A stretch of DNA of 47,831 nt, taken from Thermoproteota archaeon. Lineage in GTDB: Archaea > Thermoproteota > Thermoprotei_A > Sulfolobales > Desulfurococcaceae. Under the pieces are notes generated by a model, which was not told where the DNA came from, ran no database searches, and worked only from the letters and a program-made list of their open reading frames with translations. Shown here in pieces: positions 18,064 through 26,117 of this stretch. How positions within the stretch are numbered: position 1 is the stretch's first letter; each line of letters starts with the position of its first letter. Both the position numbers and the translations under genes were made by a program. The stretch is taken from contig JAADCY010000146.1 of NCBI GenBank assembly GCA_013154205.1, positions 1 to 47,831 of the forward strand, in the 5' to 3' direction.

Positions 18064-18476
18064 TCTGTCGGCACCCCGCTAACACGTGATGCTATATAGT
18101 AGTACATGCTATAAGCCGCTACCCCGCTAACCGTCGTAGCTATACTAGCACCGATAAAGCCCGGTACAGGGATCATCGAGACAAGCATAGAGACAAGCCC
18201 GGCAATACCGGTTATCGCGGGGAGAAACAAGCCGAGATAATACGCGTAGCCAGCCCACTGAGCTATCTGTGGCACGAAAGCACGTCCAATAGTCCCGAAA
18301 ACCATTGAAATACCCCCCACAAGCCCCACGTACGGGAAGATATTAGCGGCAAACCGCATCGCGTCCGGAATCGGCATATGATAAGCATAGAACACCCCGA
18401 CAACCAGTAGGCTCAGCACAAACATCAGCCAGCCAAACTGTATAAGCGTCCGGCCAAGCCCCACGATAACCGGCAA
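18060..18476 (-). CDS. Multi-pass membrane protein
   Basis: ORF track, 138 aa with about 4 hydrophobic helices. Confidence 0.7.
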   Translation of the reverse strand: MPVIVGLGRTLIQFGWLMFVLSLLVVGVFYAYHMPIPDAMRFAANIFPYVGLVGGISMVFGTIGRAFVPQIAQWAGYAYYLGLFLPAITGIAGLVSMLVSMIPVPGFIGASIATTVSGVAAYSMYYYIASRVSGVPTE

Positions 18477-18492
18477 CCCAGACCACCCACTA

Positions 18493-18990
18493 CTACGTAA
18501 CCCTGGTCTTCCACACCTTTACCTCACTACTACTCACAGGATGAGCCACCTGCCTAGCAACAGAAACACTACCACCAGAACCACTGCCCGGCTTAACCTG
18601 CACCGGGACAACAACGCCACCACCACTACTAATCTTCTTAACCTGAACCTGCACAGCCTTCTCCTTCAAGTTCTCCTTGACATGCACAACCCTCGTCCCA
18701 ACATACTTCTTAACCCGGCTAACAATATGCGTGACAAACACCGTATGCGGCCTCGTAACCGTGACCGTGACCGGCTTAGTAGACACAATACTCAGATACT
18801 TCAACACAAGCGTAGAAATATCGAGCTCCACAGCCGGCAAAGTAGCAATAACCGGCACCGTAACAACACGAGTCACCCTCTCCTTAACACCCACCGGCAC
18901 AGTAACAACACTAGTTTCAACACCTACATTATGACGTATAACAACTCTCACACTATCACCCCTAGGATAAAATATAGGATTAAACAACAT
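18493..18990 (-). CDS. VT-repeat family protein (paralog 4, longest)
   Basis: ORF track, 165 aa: VVTVPVGVKERVTRVVTVPV...KPVTVTVTRPHTVFVTHIVSRVKKYVGTRVVHV, followed by a G/S linker. The antisense track ORFs 18541..19062 and 18677..18934 are low-complexity mirror images. Confidence 0.6.
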   Translation of the reverse strand: MLFNPIFYPRGDSVRVVIRHNVGVETSVVTVPVGVKERVTRVVTVPVIATLPAVELDISTLVLKYLSIVSTKPVTVTVTRPHTVFVTHIVSRVKKYVGTRVVHVKENLKEKAVQVQVKKISSGGGVVVPVQVKPGSGSGGSVSVARQVAHPVSSSEVKVWKTRVT

Positions 18991-19022
18991 ATATGTGTGA
19001 CCATAACCACTTTATGTTTTTA

Positions 19023-19700
19023 TCACCTTAATGATGTCCGATGTTCTAGGAGTATGAAGTAGCTCTTCTGGTTCTCCACGTTGTTAATGTATCTGCTCAC
19101 GGGATGGAACTCTACAGCATCAACTAGTATCCAGTCCTCTGGCTCTACTTTCTTATAGTGTATTAGGAGATACCTAGCCTTCAGCCTGTAAGCCGTCCTT
19201 ATCCCGCCCTCAAGAATAGTGTCTGGGGACCCATACACGGTGTTGAACTGCTGACGGCGACGATGTATATACTGTGTCCAAGGAGGATCCACTACCACCA
19301 CATCAGGCACTACTCCCAGCTTCTCCACCTTCTTATAGACGCTCCAGCTAGGCGATTTAGTGAACCAGTCTGGCTCGACCACCCATTGATGTATCTTTAC
19401 ATCGCTGGCGAGCAACAGCTTCGGCCTCCATGCACCATAGAAGCGTCCCTGTCCATAGGTTACATCTAATACTATCATGTGCTCTGGATTGTGAAGCGTC
19501 TTCAACAACATATCATAGACTAGGCAACTGATAGGGTACTTGACACACTTACCGCCACGAGCCTGAATATCCCGCTGATCTACCACTCTCAATTTATCAC
19601 CAATCTGTCCTGTATAGCTCGTTATTGTATATGACATACTTGCCGAAACAATCATAGCAGAAGCCAGTATTACGGTAATGACCAAACACTTCTCTGACAC
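19023..19700 (-). CDS. DNA methyltransferase (N6-adenine or N4-cytosine type, DPPW motif)
   Basis: Motif I-like VLDVTYGQGRFY, then motif IV VVVDPPW about 55 aa later. The real start is probably an internal Met, for example at 19637. The hydrophobic N-terminus overlaps 19597..19893. Confidence 0.65.
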   Translation of the reverse strand: MSEKCLVITVILASAMIVSASMSYTITSYTGQIGDKLRVVDQRDIQARGGKCVKYPISCLVYDMLLKTLHNPEHMIVLDVTYGQGRFYGAWRPKLLLASDVKIHQWVVEPDWFTKSPSWSVYKKVEKLGVVPDVVVVDPPWTQYIHRRRQQFNTVYGSPDTILEGGIRTAYRLKARYLLIHYKKVEPEDWILVDAVEFHPVSRYINNVENQKSYFILLEHRTSLR

Positions 19701-19893
19701 TCATTGTTGCATGCCTGAAGCGTGGCACCAATGTTCCCTTCTTATGTATAACTGCTTTCACGAAATCAGTGTTCTTAAACATTATCTCCACATCCACCAT
19801 GTCATTAGGCTCTACCACGTATATCTTGCCCTCACCATCACATACTGGGCACCTAACCTCTCCCAACACCTTCCAGTGCTTCTTAATAACCAA
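19597..19893 (-). CDS. Zinc-ribbon protein
   Basis: ORF track (TTG start). Contains CPVCDGEG and CYDCFG. Confidence 0.5.
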   Translation of the reverse strand: MVIKKHWKVLGEVRCPVCDGEGKIYVVEPNDMVDVEIMFKNTDFVKAVIHKKGTLVPRFRHATMSVREVFGHYRNTGFCYDCFGKYVIYNNELYRTDW

Positions 19894-19939
19894 TCTACCC
19901 CTACATAGAGGACAATCTTCAATCCTTATCCCTTACCAC

Positions 19940-20104
19940 CTATGGATAGTGCTCATAAGTGTACTTGACACAGTAGGTCTCACGGTAACCGCAATCCCTA
20001 CACTCATAGACATAGCAGAGACCCCGTTTCTCATCATAATATGTTTCCTTAAACCTCATCCTCCCCCCACATCTAGGGCATCGATATATGTTAATGCTTG
20101 TCAT
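19940..20104 (-). CDS. Zinc-ribbon mini-protein, 54 aa (below track cutoff)
   Basis: My own translation: MTSINIYRCPRCGGRMRFKETYYDEKRGLCYVYECRDCGYRETYCVKYTYEHYP. The ATG overlaps the stop of 20101..20361 by 4 nt. Confidence 0.55.
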   Translation of the reverse strand: MTSINIYRCPRCGGRMRFKETYYDEKRGLCYVYECRDCGYRETYCVKYTYEHYP

Positions 20105-20361
20105 TTCCTACCACCTACTGGCTCACAACAATACATCCCAATATTATCATCCATGAATAGTGGTTTGTTCCTATAGACACACTCATCGCACTCCTCACAG
20201 GTCTCCGTGTTCTCGCACCACGCATTATACCAGTGACATGGCAGAGACTCTGGCTTTCCGCCTTTCTCCCTACATATCTCCTTAAAGGCATCTATCTCGA
20301 TATCCTCCCTAGTCCTCCCAAGATAGTGCTCCTCAGAGCAGGAGTAATCATAAGTAATCAT
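20101..20361 (-). CDS. Cys-rich small protein
   Basis: ORF track, 86 aa with 10 Cys (CENTETCEECDEC...YCC). Confidence 0.6.
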   Translation of the reverse strand: MITYDYSCSEEHYLGRTREDIEIDAFKEICREKGGKPESLPCHWYNAWCENTETCEECDECVYRNKPLFMDDNIGMYCCEPVGGRK

Positions 20362-20399
20362 AGCTTATCATCCCCAGTATCCCAAACATGAAAACATAG

Positions 20400-20765
20400 T
20401 TATGTTATCATATCATAGCGTACGTGTTTTAGTGGCTCCAAGGCATATAGGTTTCTGAGATGCTCGAATACATCGGAGGGACGGGCCTCCCTAACGTAGC
20501 GGCGGAGCTCATGGACACTGATGCCGTGCCGTGGCTTGTCGAGTATCTTGACACCGTGATCGATAACGTCCGGTGTCGGCGCGAATATGACGAAGCCGTG
20601 GTCGATCCTCATGTAGCGGTTAATACCTATATTATATATAACACGGTAGTACTCAGCATAGCCTATGCTCTGCCGAATAACTATGACACCGTCACGCTCA
20701 ACACGGAGCAGGTATAGGTCGTTCCCCTTCTTCTCATTCCTAGTTATGGGATAAGGTATTCGCAT
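20400..20765 (-). CDS. Hypothetical protein
   Basis: ORF track, 121 aa. Confidence 0.65.
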   Translation of the reverse strand: MRIPYPITRNEKKGNDLYLLRVERDGVIVIRQSIGYAEYYRVIYNIGINRYMRIDHGFVIFAPTPDVIDHGVKILDKPRHGISVHELRRYVREARPSDVFEHLRNLYALEPLKHVRYDMIT

Positions 20766-20833
20766 AATCTATCACCCCACTATCTCCTATAATATATATT
20801 AGGCCATAGGTTGCCTTATAACTAGTATTATAG

Positions 20834-21082
20834 CTAGAGCTCAATCGTCTCCCCCTTCTGCACAGCACTATAGATGCTACGCTCCAATCGCTCACGGTAC
20901 TCCCTGTACTCACGGCACGCATCGCCTGTCTCGCCGAGCCTTATCTCGTCGAGACACCGTGCCTTGAGCTCATCCAGTACCGGATCCTCTATGACGAACA
21001 TTATTGTTACGAAGCTATGGCGGGAGCCATAGCCTTGAAACCCGTAGACCAAGACCGGGCGGAGCTTGACCATGCTTAGCAC
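20834..21082 (-). CDS. Hypothetical protein (first gene of the long leftward operon)
   Basis: ORF track, 82 aa. Divergent promoter region 21083-21179 contains AAGCTTTTTAAG. Confidence 0.6.
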   Translation of the reverse strand: MLSMVKLRPVLVYGFQGYGSRHSFVTIMFVIEDPVLDELKARCLDEIRLGETGDACREYREYRERLERSIYSAVQKGETIEL

Positions 21083-21179
21083 CCGTTATATGTATATATT
21101 GCTAGAAGCTTTTTAAGTATGGGGCTAGAAAAACTTAAATACCAATCTAGACATATAACTAGAAACGAGGCTTGAGAAC

Positions 21180-21593
21180 ATGACCCCCACCCCCCAAACC
21201 CAAAACAAAACCCAAAACACGTCCACATACGATTTTTCAGACAAAACAATCTTTATCCCCCAGCCCAAAATACGCAAATACGAAATCGTCCTTGGCAAAG
21301 TAAAAATCCTAAAACCACTAAAACTTGACGAATGGATAACAGAGCTAAAAATGCACATCGCAAATCTCAGAGACGCACCAGTCGGAACAATAAAATATAT
21401 TGATCCTAGTGAAAACCATGAAGAAATAAGAGACTATGGGCCAGACACAACCCAGATCCTTGTTATCGAGACATATAATGTTAAATACGATGTAATAACA
21501 TATCTACCACCACTCAGCGATCCTGATGAAATAATAGCCGAGCCTGGAGACGAGTTCGAAATAAGCCTTGTCCCAGTCGAGGTGTATAAGTAA
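21180..21593 (+). CDS. Hypothetical protein
   Basis: ORF track, 137 aa. Very A/C-rich coding sequence. Confidence 0.65.
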   Translation: MTPTPQTQNKTQNTSTYDFSDKTIFIPQPKIRKYEIVLGKVKILKPLKLDEWITELKMHIANLRDAPVGTIKYIDPSENHEEIRDYGPDTTQILVIETYNVKYDVITYLPPLSDPDEIIAEPGDEFEISLVPVEVYK

Positions 21594-22273
21594 TGACACG
21601 TATTAAGCATCCATTCTACACCGAGGAGCTAATGAAATTATTAGACACTATTATCGACGAGAGTGTACGGAAAGGTGTGCCATTAAGCCATGACGTCCTA
21701 GAAGTTATACAGAAGCTCTACGAGCACCGCCCAATGCCATTACTAATGTGCAGACAGAGCGGCATCGGCTACCACCATATGCTGAACCGCTATCCGACAA
21801 CCGTGAACCCATTAAAGCCCGTCAAGCCTATACCGGCGATACCGGATAGGAAGATACGGACGATAAGAAGGTTCGCCCTCCACGTTATAAGAAGGTATCG
21901 TTGCCGTAACCTGTACAAAGCCCTTAATAGGCTCGCCGATATATTGTCGGCGGCCGCGTGGCCGGAGCGGGTAGCACCCTACATCGCCTACCAGCTCCCC
22001 CTGCCGCCCGAGCACCAGACAAGGATAATGTTATCAATGATCGCTACAGCGAAGAAATACATGCAGACAGGCATAAGACTCCTAGCCTACGTTGCCAAAC
22101 ACTATATCGACCAGCACATAAAGGACACAGAACAAGCCATAAAGGCAAAACAAGTGTTGAAACAGATCACCGGCCTCGGAGACACAATATACAGCATAAA
22201 ATTCCCAGGCATCAAACCAATACTAATCACACATCCACAACAATACGTAGAAGTAATGAAGGACACATGGTGA
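21593..22273 (+). CDS. Hypothetical protein
   Basis: ORF track, 226 aa. TAATG coupling with the upstream gene. Confidence 0.7.
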   Translation: MTRIKHPFYTEELMKLLDTIIDESVRKGVPLSHDVLEVIQKLYEHRPMPLLMCRQSGIGYHHMLNRYPTTVNPLKPVKPIPAIPDRKIRTIRRFALHVIRRYRCRNLYKALNRLADILSAAAWPERVAPYIAYQLPLPPEHQTRIMLSMIATAKKYMQTGIRLLAYVAKHYIDQHIKDTEQAIKAKQVLKQITGLGDTIYSIKFPGIKPILITHPQQYVEVMKDTW

Positions 22274-22279
22274 AAAACA

Positions 22280-22918
22280 ATGCAGATCTGGCAAAAAATA
22301 AAACAAAAACACCAACAACAAACACAAAAAATATGCTACGAAACAATCAACGAAATAACCAACAAAATCAAAAACAAAAAACTTGAAAAATACGGTGAAC
22401 TAATCGGCACACTAATACTTTATATAGTCTTTGGTTTACTAATAATTGCTACAATAACGGCAGGAACATTATCAGAACCACTCGCAGACAACGTAGCCTT
22501 TGGCATGTTGATATTTTTAGTATTGTCAGCGTTCCTAGCAGTTTTTGTAGCATACTGGATAGATGATGAATACAGAATAGCCAGTAATGTTGAGAAACTT
22601 GCACAAATGATGTGTGAAGAAATAACGGACAACACCATCAACAAAATATACTCACCACTCCTAGATAACTTCGCCAGAAACGACACATGTAACAGCATCA
22701 TATTCCTTATGAAAAAGAAGGAAAAACTAGAACACGCACTAAAAGAGCTGAAAATAGTAAACGGTAAAAATAAAGACATTATCAAAAAACTATCAGCACA
22801 AATAGAAAACCTAGAAAAAGAAATACAACAAGCCGAGGCAAAATGCATAGAAAAAACACTACAATTACTAGCTAAATCACTAATAGAAGAAGCATACAAA
22901 GAATCAAAAAGGCGATAA
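22280..22918 (+). CDS. Membrane-anchored coiled-coil protein
   Basis: ORF track, 212 aa with two TM helices and then a K/E coiled coil. Confidence 0.7.
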   Translation: MQIWQKIKQKHQQQTQKICYETINEITNKIKNKKLEKYGELIGTLILYIVFGLLIIATITAGTLSEPLADNVAFGMLIFLVLSAFLAVFVAYWIDDEYRIASNVEKLAQMMCEEITDNTINKIYSPLLDNFARNDTCNSIIFLMKKKEKLEHALKELKIVNGKNKDIIKKLSAQIENLEKEIQQAEAKCIEKTLQLLAKSLIEEAYKESKRR

Positions 22919-22920
22919 CC

Positions 22921-23727
22921 ATGAAGGCGTGGATAGACCCCCAAGACATAGCCTACTCACAGTATCTCTGCCGCCTACTGTTCAACACGGAGAAAACCTA
23001 CAAAAGCCTAGCAAAGCCCCTGGAAAACGCCCGGATATTCAGCATACCAGAGATCCGCGGCGAGTACGCTAAACACGTAGACCAGGCCAAGAAACACTAT
23101 GAGGCAATGAAGAAACAGGTACAGGAACAAGCCATGGAGTATGCCACGAAGTACTGGCACGCCGCCTACGCCTACGCCACGATACTACGAAACATAAGCC
23201 TAGTATTCACAGCCTACCCACCACAAGTAACAACCACAAGACAACTAGCCGTAAAACCATCAGCCTACATAAACACATTATTCATACCAGTAGTACGTAG
23301 CGACGGCAGACCAATACAGACCATGTTCGCCAAGCTCCTATACAAGCACTACACATTGATAATGCGGTACAAGAGGAAATACATAGAGAAACAACATCCC
23401 CGTCTAAAAATATTCATAGAACAAAAGAAGCAACAATACATGGGGAAAGGCTATCCCGAGGCACGGGCGAGGAAGCTGGCGTACAGGGACGCCCTACGAG
23501 TAATAATAGGCAATATATGGCTCGTAGGAATATACTATCTAGTAAAAGAAGGCGCTATACAGCCCGAAGAAATAATACTGCCATACGAGCTAGCCCAAAA
23601 CCCCGAACTACACAAGGACAGGATCAACCCGGCCGAGACCGTGATAGAATACCGCCTACCACCCGAGCTCCAACACGAGATCGGAGACATAACATGGACA
23701 TGGCTAATAAAAACAACAAAAAGGTGA
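22921..23727 (+). CDS. Hypothetical protein
   Basis: ORF track, 268 aa. Confidence 0.7.
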   Translation: MKAWIDPQDIAYSQYLCRLLFNTEKTYKSLAKPLENARIFSIPEIRGEYAKHVDQAKKHYEAMKKQVQEQAMEYATKYWHAAYAYATILRNISLVFTAYPPQVTTTRQLAVKPSAYINTLFIPVVRSDGRPIQTMFAKLLYKHYTLIMRYKRKYIEKQHPRLKIFIEQKKQQYMGKGYPEARARKLAYRDALRVIIGNIWLVGIYYLVKEGAIQPEEIILPYELAQNPELHKDRINPAETVIEYRLPPELQHEIGDITWTWLIKTTKR

Positions 23728-23732
23728 AAACA

Positions 23733-24175
23733 ATGCCCCTAGCACACTACAAATAGCACACTACAAATACAACGAGCTATACATCGACGTAGACCTCTCC
23801 AGCATAGGCATAGTCACATGCAACCCACCCACCATCGAGGCCTGCGGATACGTATCTACACCCGACGGAGTATTCTCACGTTACATCTGCACAAAAATAA
23901 TAAACTCAAAAAGCTTCAGCGAAGCACTAAGACAGAGAAGAAAAGAACTAGAAGACCAATACTGCGGCGACGCAGACAACCCCGAACAATGCATAGAATA
24001 CTATAACGACCAGCTAGCCGAAATGGCGTGCGAAACCATAGACCCAGAATACATCATACCCTATATAGACATGGAGGAAATCATAGAAGCACTAGCCAAA
24101 GCCGCAGAAGACTTCATCCCAGCAAAAACAAAGCACAGAACACTATTACACTACCTAAATAAGGGTGCCCAATAA
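23733..24175 (+). pseudogene. 142-codon ORF interrupted by a perfect 14-bp tandem duplication (frameshift after codon 7)
   Basis: ATG 23733 gives MPLAHYK then TAG. AGCACACTACAAAT occurs at 23741-23754 and again at 23755-23768. The +2 frame from 23756 is open for 139 codons (AHYKYNELYIDVDLSSIGIVTCNPP...LHYLNKGAQ) to TAA 24173-24175, which overlaps the next ATG (TAATG), and it has no start codon of its own. GGTGA lies upstream of 23733. Confidence 0.65.
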
Positions 24176-24459
24176 TGATGAGCAAAGACATGACAAAGAT
24201 GATAATCGAAGACATAACGGAGAAAATGCAGGAACAAGACAAGGATATTGTCAAGGCATGGATGATAATGCCATTCAGACTAAGCCCTACAAAAATGGTA
24301 ATAGCAATAAAGAAAAAAGAAAACAAACACATCATCTACATAATTAACGCAATGCTCCTCGAATCAATACCAGTAATAATACGCCGCCCACAAGTAATAG
24401 ACGAGATAATAAATATTCTACAAGAAGCAAAACAATATCTAACAAGGGAGAAACAATGA
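24175..24459 (+). CDS. Hypothetical protein
   Basis: ORF track, 94 aa. Confidence 0.6.
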   Translation: MMSKDMTKMIIEDITEKMQEQDKDIVKAWMIMPFRLSPTKMVIAIKKKENKHIIYIINAMLLESIPVIIRRPQVIDEIINILQEAKQYLTREKQ

Positions 24460-24782
24460 CAGAAACACAAAAAGACTATATAGCAGTCATCCTACGCGTA
24501 CGGTGCTACAAACAGGTAAAACAGCTCAAAAACCAAGCCAAAACATACTATACATACCGAGCAACAATACCACGGGAAACAGCCGAGAAACTAGGCCTAC
24601 AAGACGACGAACTAGTACTATGTCTAGTAAAGAGGCCGGAATGGTACCACATAATAGACTGGACAGATAAAGACAACCAGAAACACCTATGGCCCAAATT
24701 ACCAGATAGGGCCAAGCAAGAGCTGTGCCAGCTAGGCCTAGCACCAAAACACCTATGCACAGATATGAAAACACCCCCATAA
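24456..24782 (+). CDS. AbrB/SpoVT-like DNA-binding protein, last gene before the non-coding hub
   Basis: YRATIPRETAEKLGLQDDELVLCLV matches the swapped-hairpin pattern (x-I-P-x-E-x-x-x-K-L-G-L-x-x-G/D-D-x-V). 4-nt overlap with the upstream gene. Confidence 0.6.
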   Translation: MTETQKDYIAVILRVRCYKQVKQLKNQAKTYYTYRATIPRETAEKLGLQDDELVLCLVKRPEWYHIIDWTDKDNQKHLWPKLPDRAKQELCQLGLAPKHLCTDMKTPP

Positions 24783-24791
24783 ACATCTTAT

Positions 24792-25154
24792 ATTGAAAAC
24801 ATCGTCAGGAAGCAACTATAACAACTATACTTGAAAACATTGACAAAATCACTTATACTTGAAAACAAACAGTTCGACCACAAATATTTGAAACAAAACC
24901 CATAATCAAACACAAGAAATCGAAAACAAGTATATAGTACATATAAACCATTGAAAACACATACAAAAACAATTTAATTTGAAAACAATCGCCTAGACAG
25001 AAAGTTTTGAAAACACCCACATAACAATGTTATCTTGAAAACAAAAATATAAACATTGCTTGTTGAAAACAGGAGTCAAACCAATTTAAATTGAAAACAA
25101 ATACATAAACATTAGCGATTGAAAACAAATAGTTAAACATATCTTATTGAACCA
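24792..25154 (+). repeat. Phased iteron array: 13 copies of TTGAAAACA
   Basis: Perfect copies start at 24792, 24830, 24858, 24950, 24979, 25007, 25035, 25063, 25091 and 25119. Variants are at 24887 (TTGAAACA), 24919 (TCGAAAACA) and 25147 (TTGAACCA). Spacings are 38, 28, 29, 32, 31, 29, then 28 six times. Some spacers resemble each other (AAAATATAAACATTG versus AATACATAAACATTA). Confidence 0.9.
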
Positions 25155-25858
25155 TCCACACCATGTCCATCAAAAACATATACACAACAACCATAATCCA
25201 TCCATAAAATACATATTTTCTAATAGACAAGCCCCTCATCACAGTATTCTTTCCAATAACACTAAACAAAAACAACACCAAAACAAACCAAACAAACAAA
25301 ACACCAAACCCAAACAATTAGATATACTAAAAGAAAAACACATACAAAAACATATCATCACATCAATCATATATATTTCTCCAGTGGAAACATAGGTATT
25401 TCCATTAGAAAAACTAACCAATCATTATACAAACCATTAAAACACATATATAAACTAGGAGAAAAATATATATAGAACAAAAAGCTTAAAAACAAATGCA
25501 TACTCAAAAATAAGTGCACCAAACCAAAAAGTTAAAATAACAAACAAAATCCCGTTCTAAACACTATAAAACAAAACAATTCAAATTCATACGTATATAG
25601 AAATCAGACAATGGGATAAAAATATATACTCAACCGCTAAAATATATAGCTAAAAATTACTATTTTCGGTGGGCTCCAGTGGAAACAATGGTTAGAAATT
25701 CGAGTTCGAAACACTAACCTTAATGATATTTAATTAAAGTTAGAACCTCTGAATTTTTCCGAACATATGCACAAAAATATAAATACTTTTCGTTTGTATA
25801 AAGAATCATCACGTCCATATTTTTTATTAGAAAATTCTCCAGTGGAAACAAAGCCTGT

Positions 25859-25958
25859 AAACTCCCCGGTTACCACTATATAAACCTTACTTATAACAAT
25901 ACATCATACATTCACATGAAAACCTCCAGTGGAAACCCGGGTGTAAACCGGGGAGTTT
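25859..25958. repeat. 13-nt perfect inverted repeat AAACTCCCCGGTT / AACCGGGGAGTTT flanking ORB boxes 3 and 4
   Basis: Copies at 25859-25871 and 25946-25958. A 15/15 copy (AACTCCCCGGTTTAC) recurs at 26716-26730 inside ORF 26599..26805. Confidence 0.85.
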
Positions 25959-26095
25959 CACTCCATGAAAAACACTCAAAAAACTATAAATACCACGAAA
26001 AAAGTGCACCAAAAAACATATATAAAAGAAACCCTCCAGAACCCGAGCGAAACTATTCAGCTAATAACATATAATTATTTAAAAATAAGAATTGA

Positions 26096-26117
26096 ATGAT
26101 TGACACTTGTCAATCAT
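26096..26117. promoter_or_regulatory. Perfect palindrome ATGATTGACA-CT-TGTCAATCAT
   Basis: 10-bp arms with a 2-bp spacer, read directly. Lies 34 bp upstream of ORB box 5. Confidence 0.8.

Noticed and set aside
19894-19939. An extra CPLC zinc knuckle (IEDCPLCRGRL) in frame upstream of the TTG start of 19597..19893. This would suggest an unusual start or a frameshift from 19940..20104.
   Set aside because: The frame opens right after a TAA and has no ATG, GTG or TTG before the annotated TTG. The downstream protein already has two CxxC pairs. No slippery sequence is evident.
24792-25154. The iteron array could be a virus-borne mini-CRISPR array. TTGAAAACA resembles the ATTGAAA(G/C) 3' end of crenarchaeal CRISPR repeats, and the spacing is regular.
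   Set aside because: The conserved unit is only 9 bp, against 24-37 bp for real repeats. The 19-bp 'spacers' are partly homologous to each other. There is no leader-like region or cas gene. The array sits beside ORB-type boxes. An iteron or partition-site interpretation fits better.
25147-25421. Track ORFs 25147..25395 (+) and 25239..25421 (-) inside the hub.
   Set aside because: The translation is H/N/K/Q/P low-complexity, produced by the A/C-rich tract (25260-25320). There is no RBS or promoter context, and box 1 lies inside them. I treat them as non-coding.
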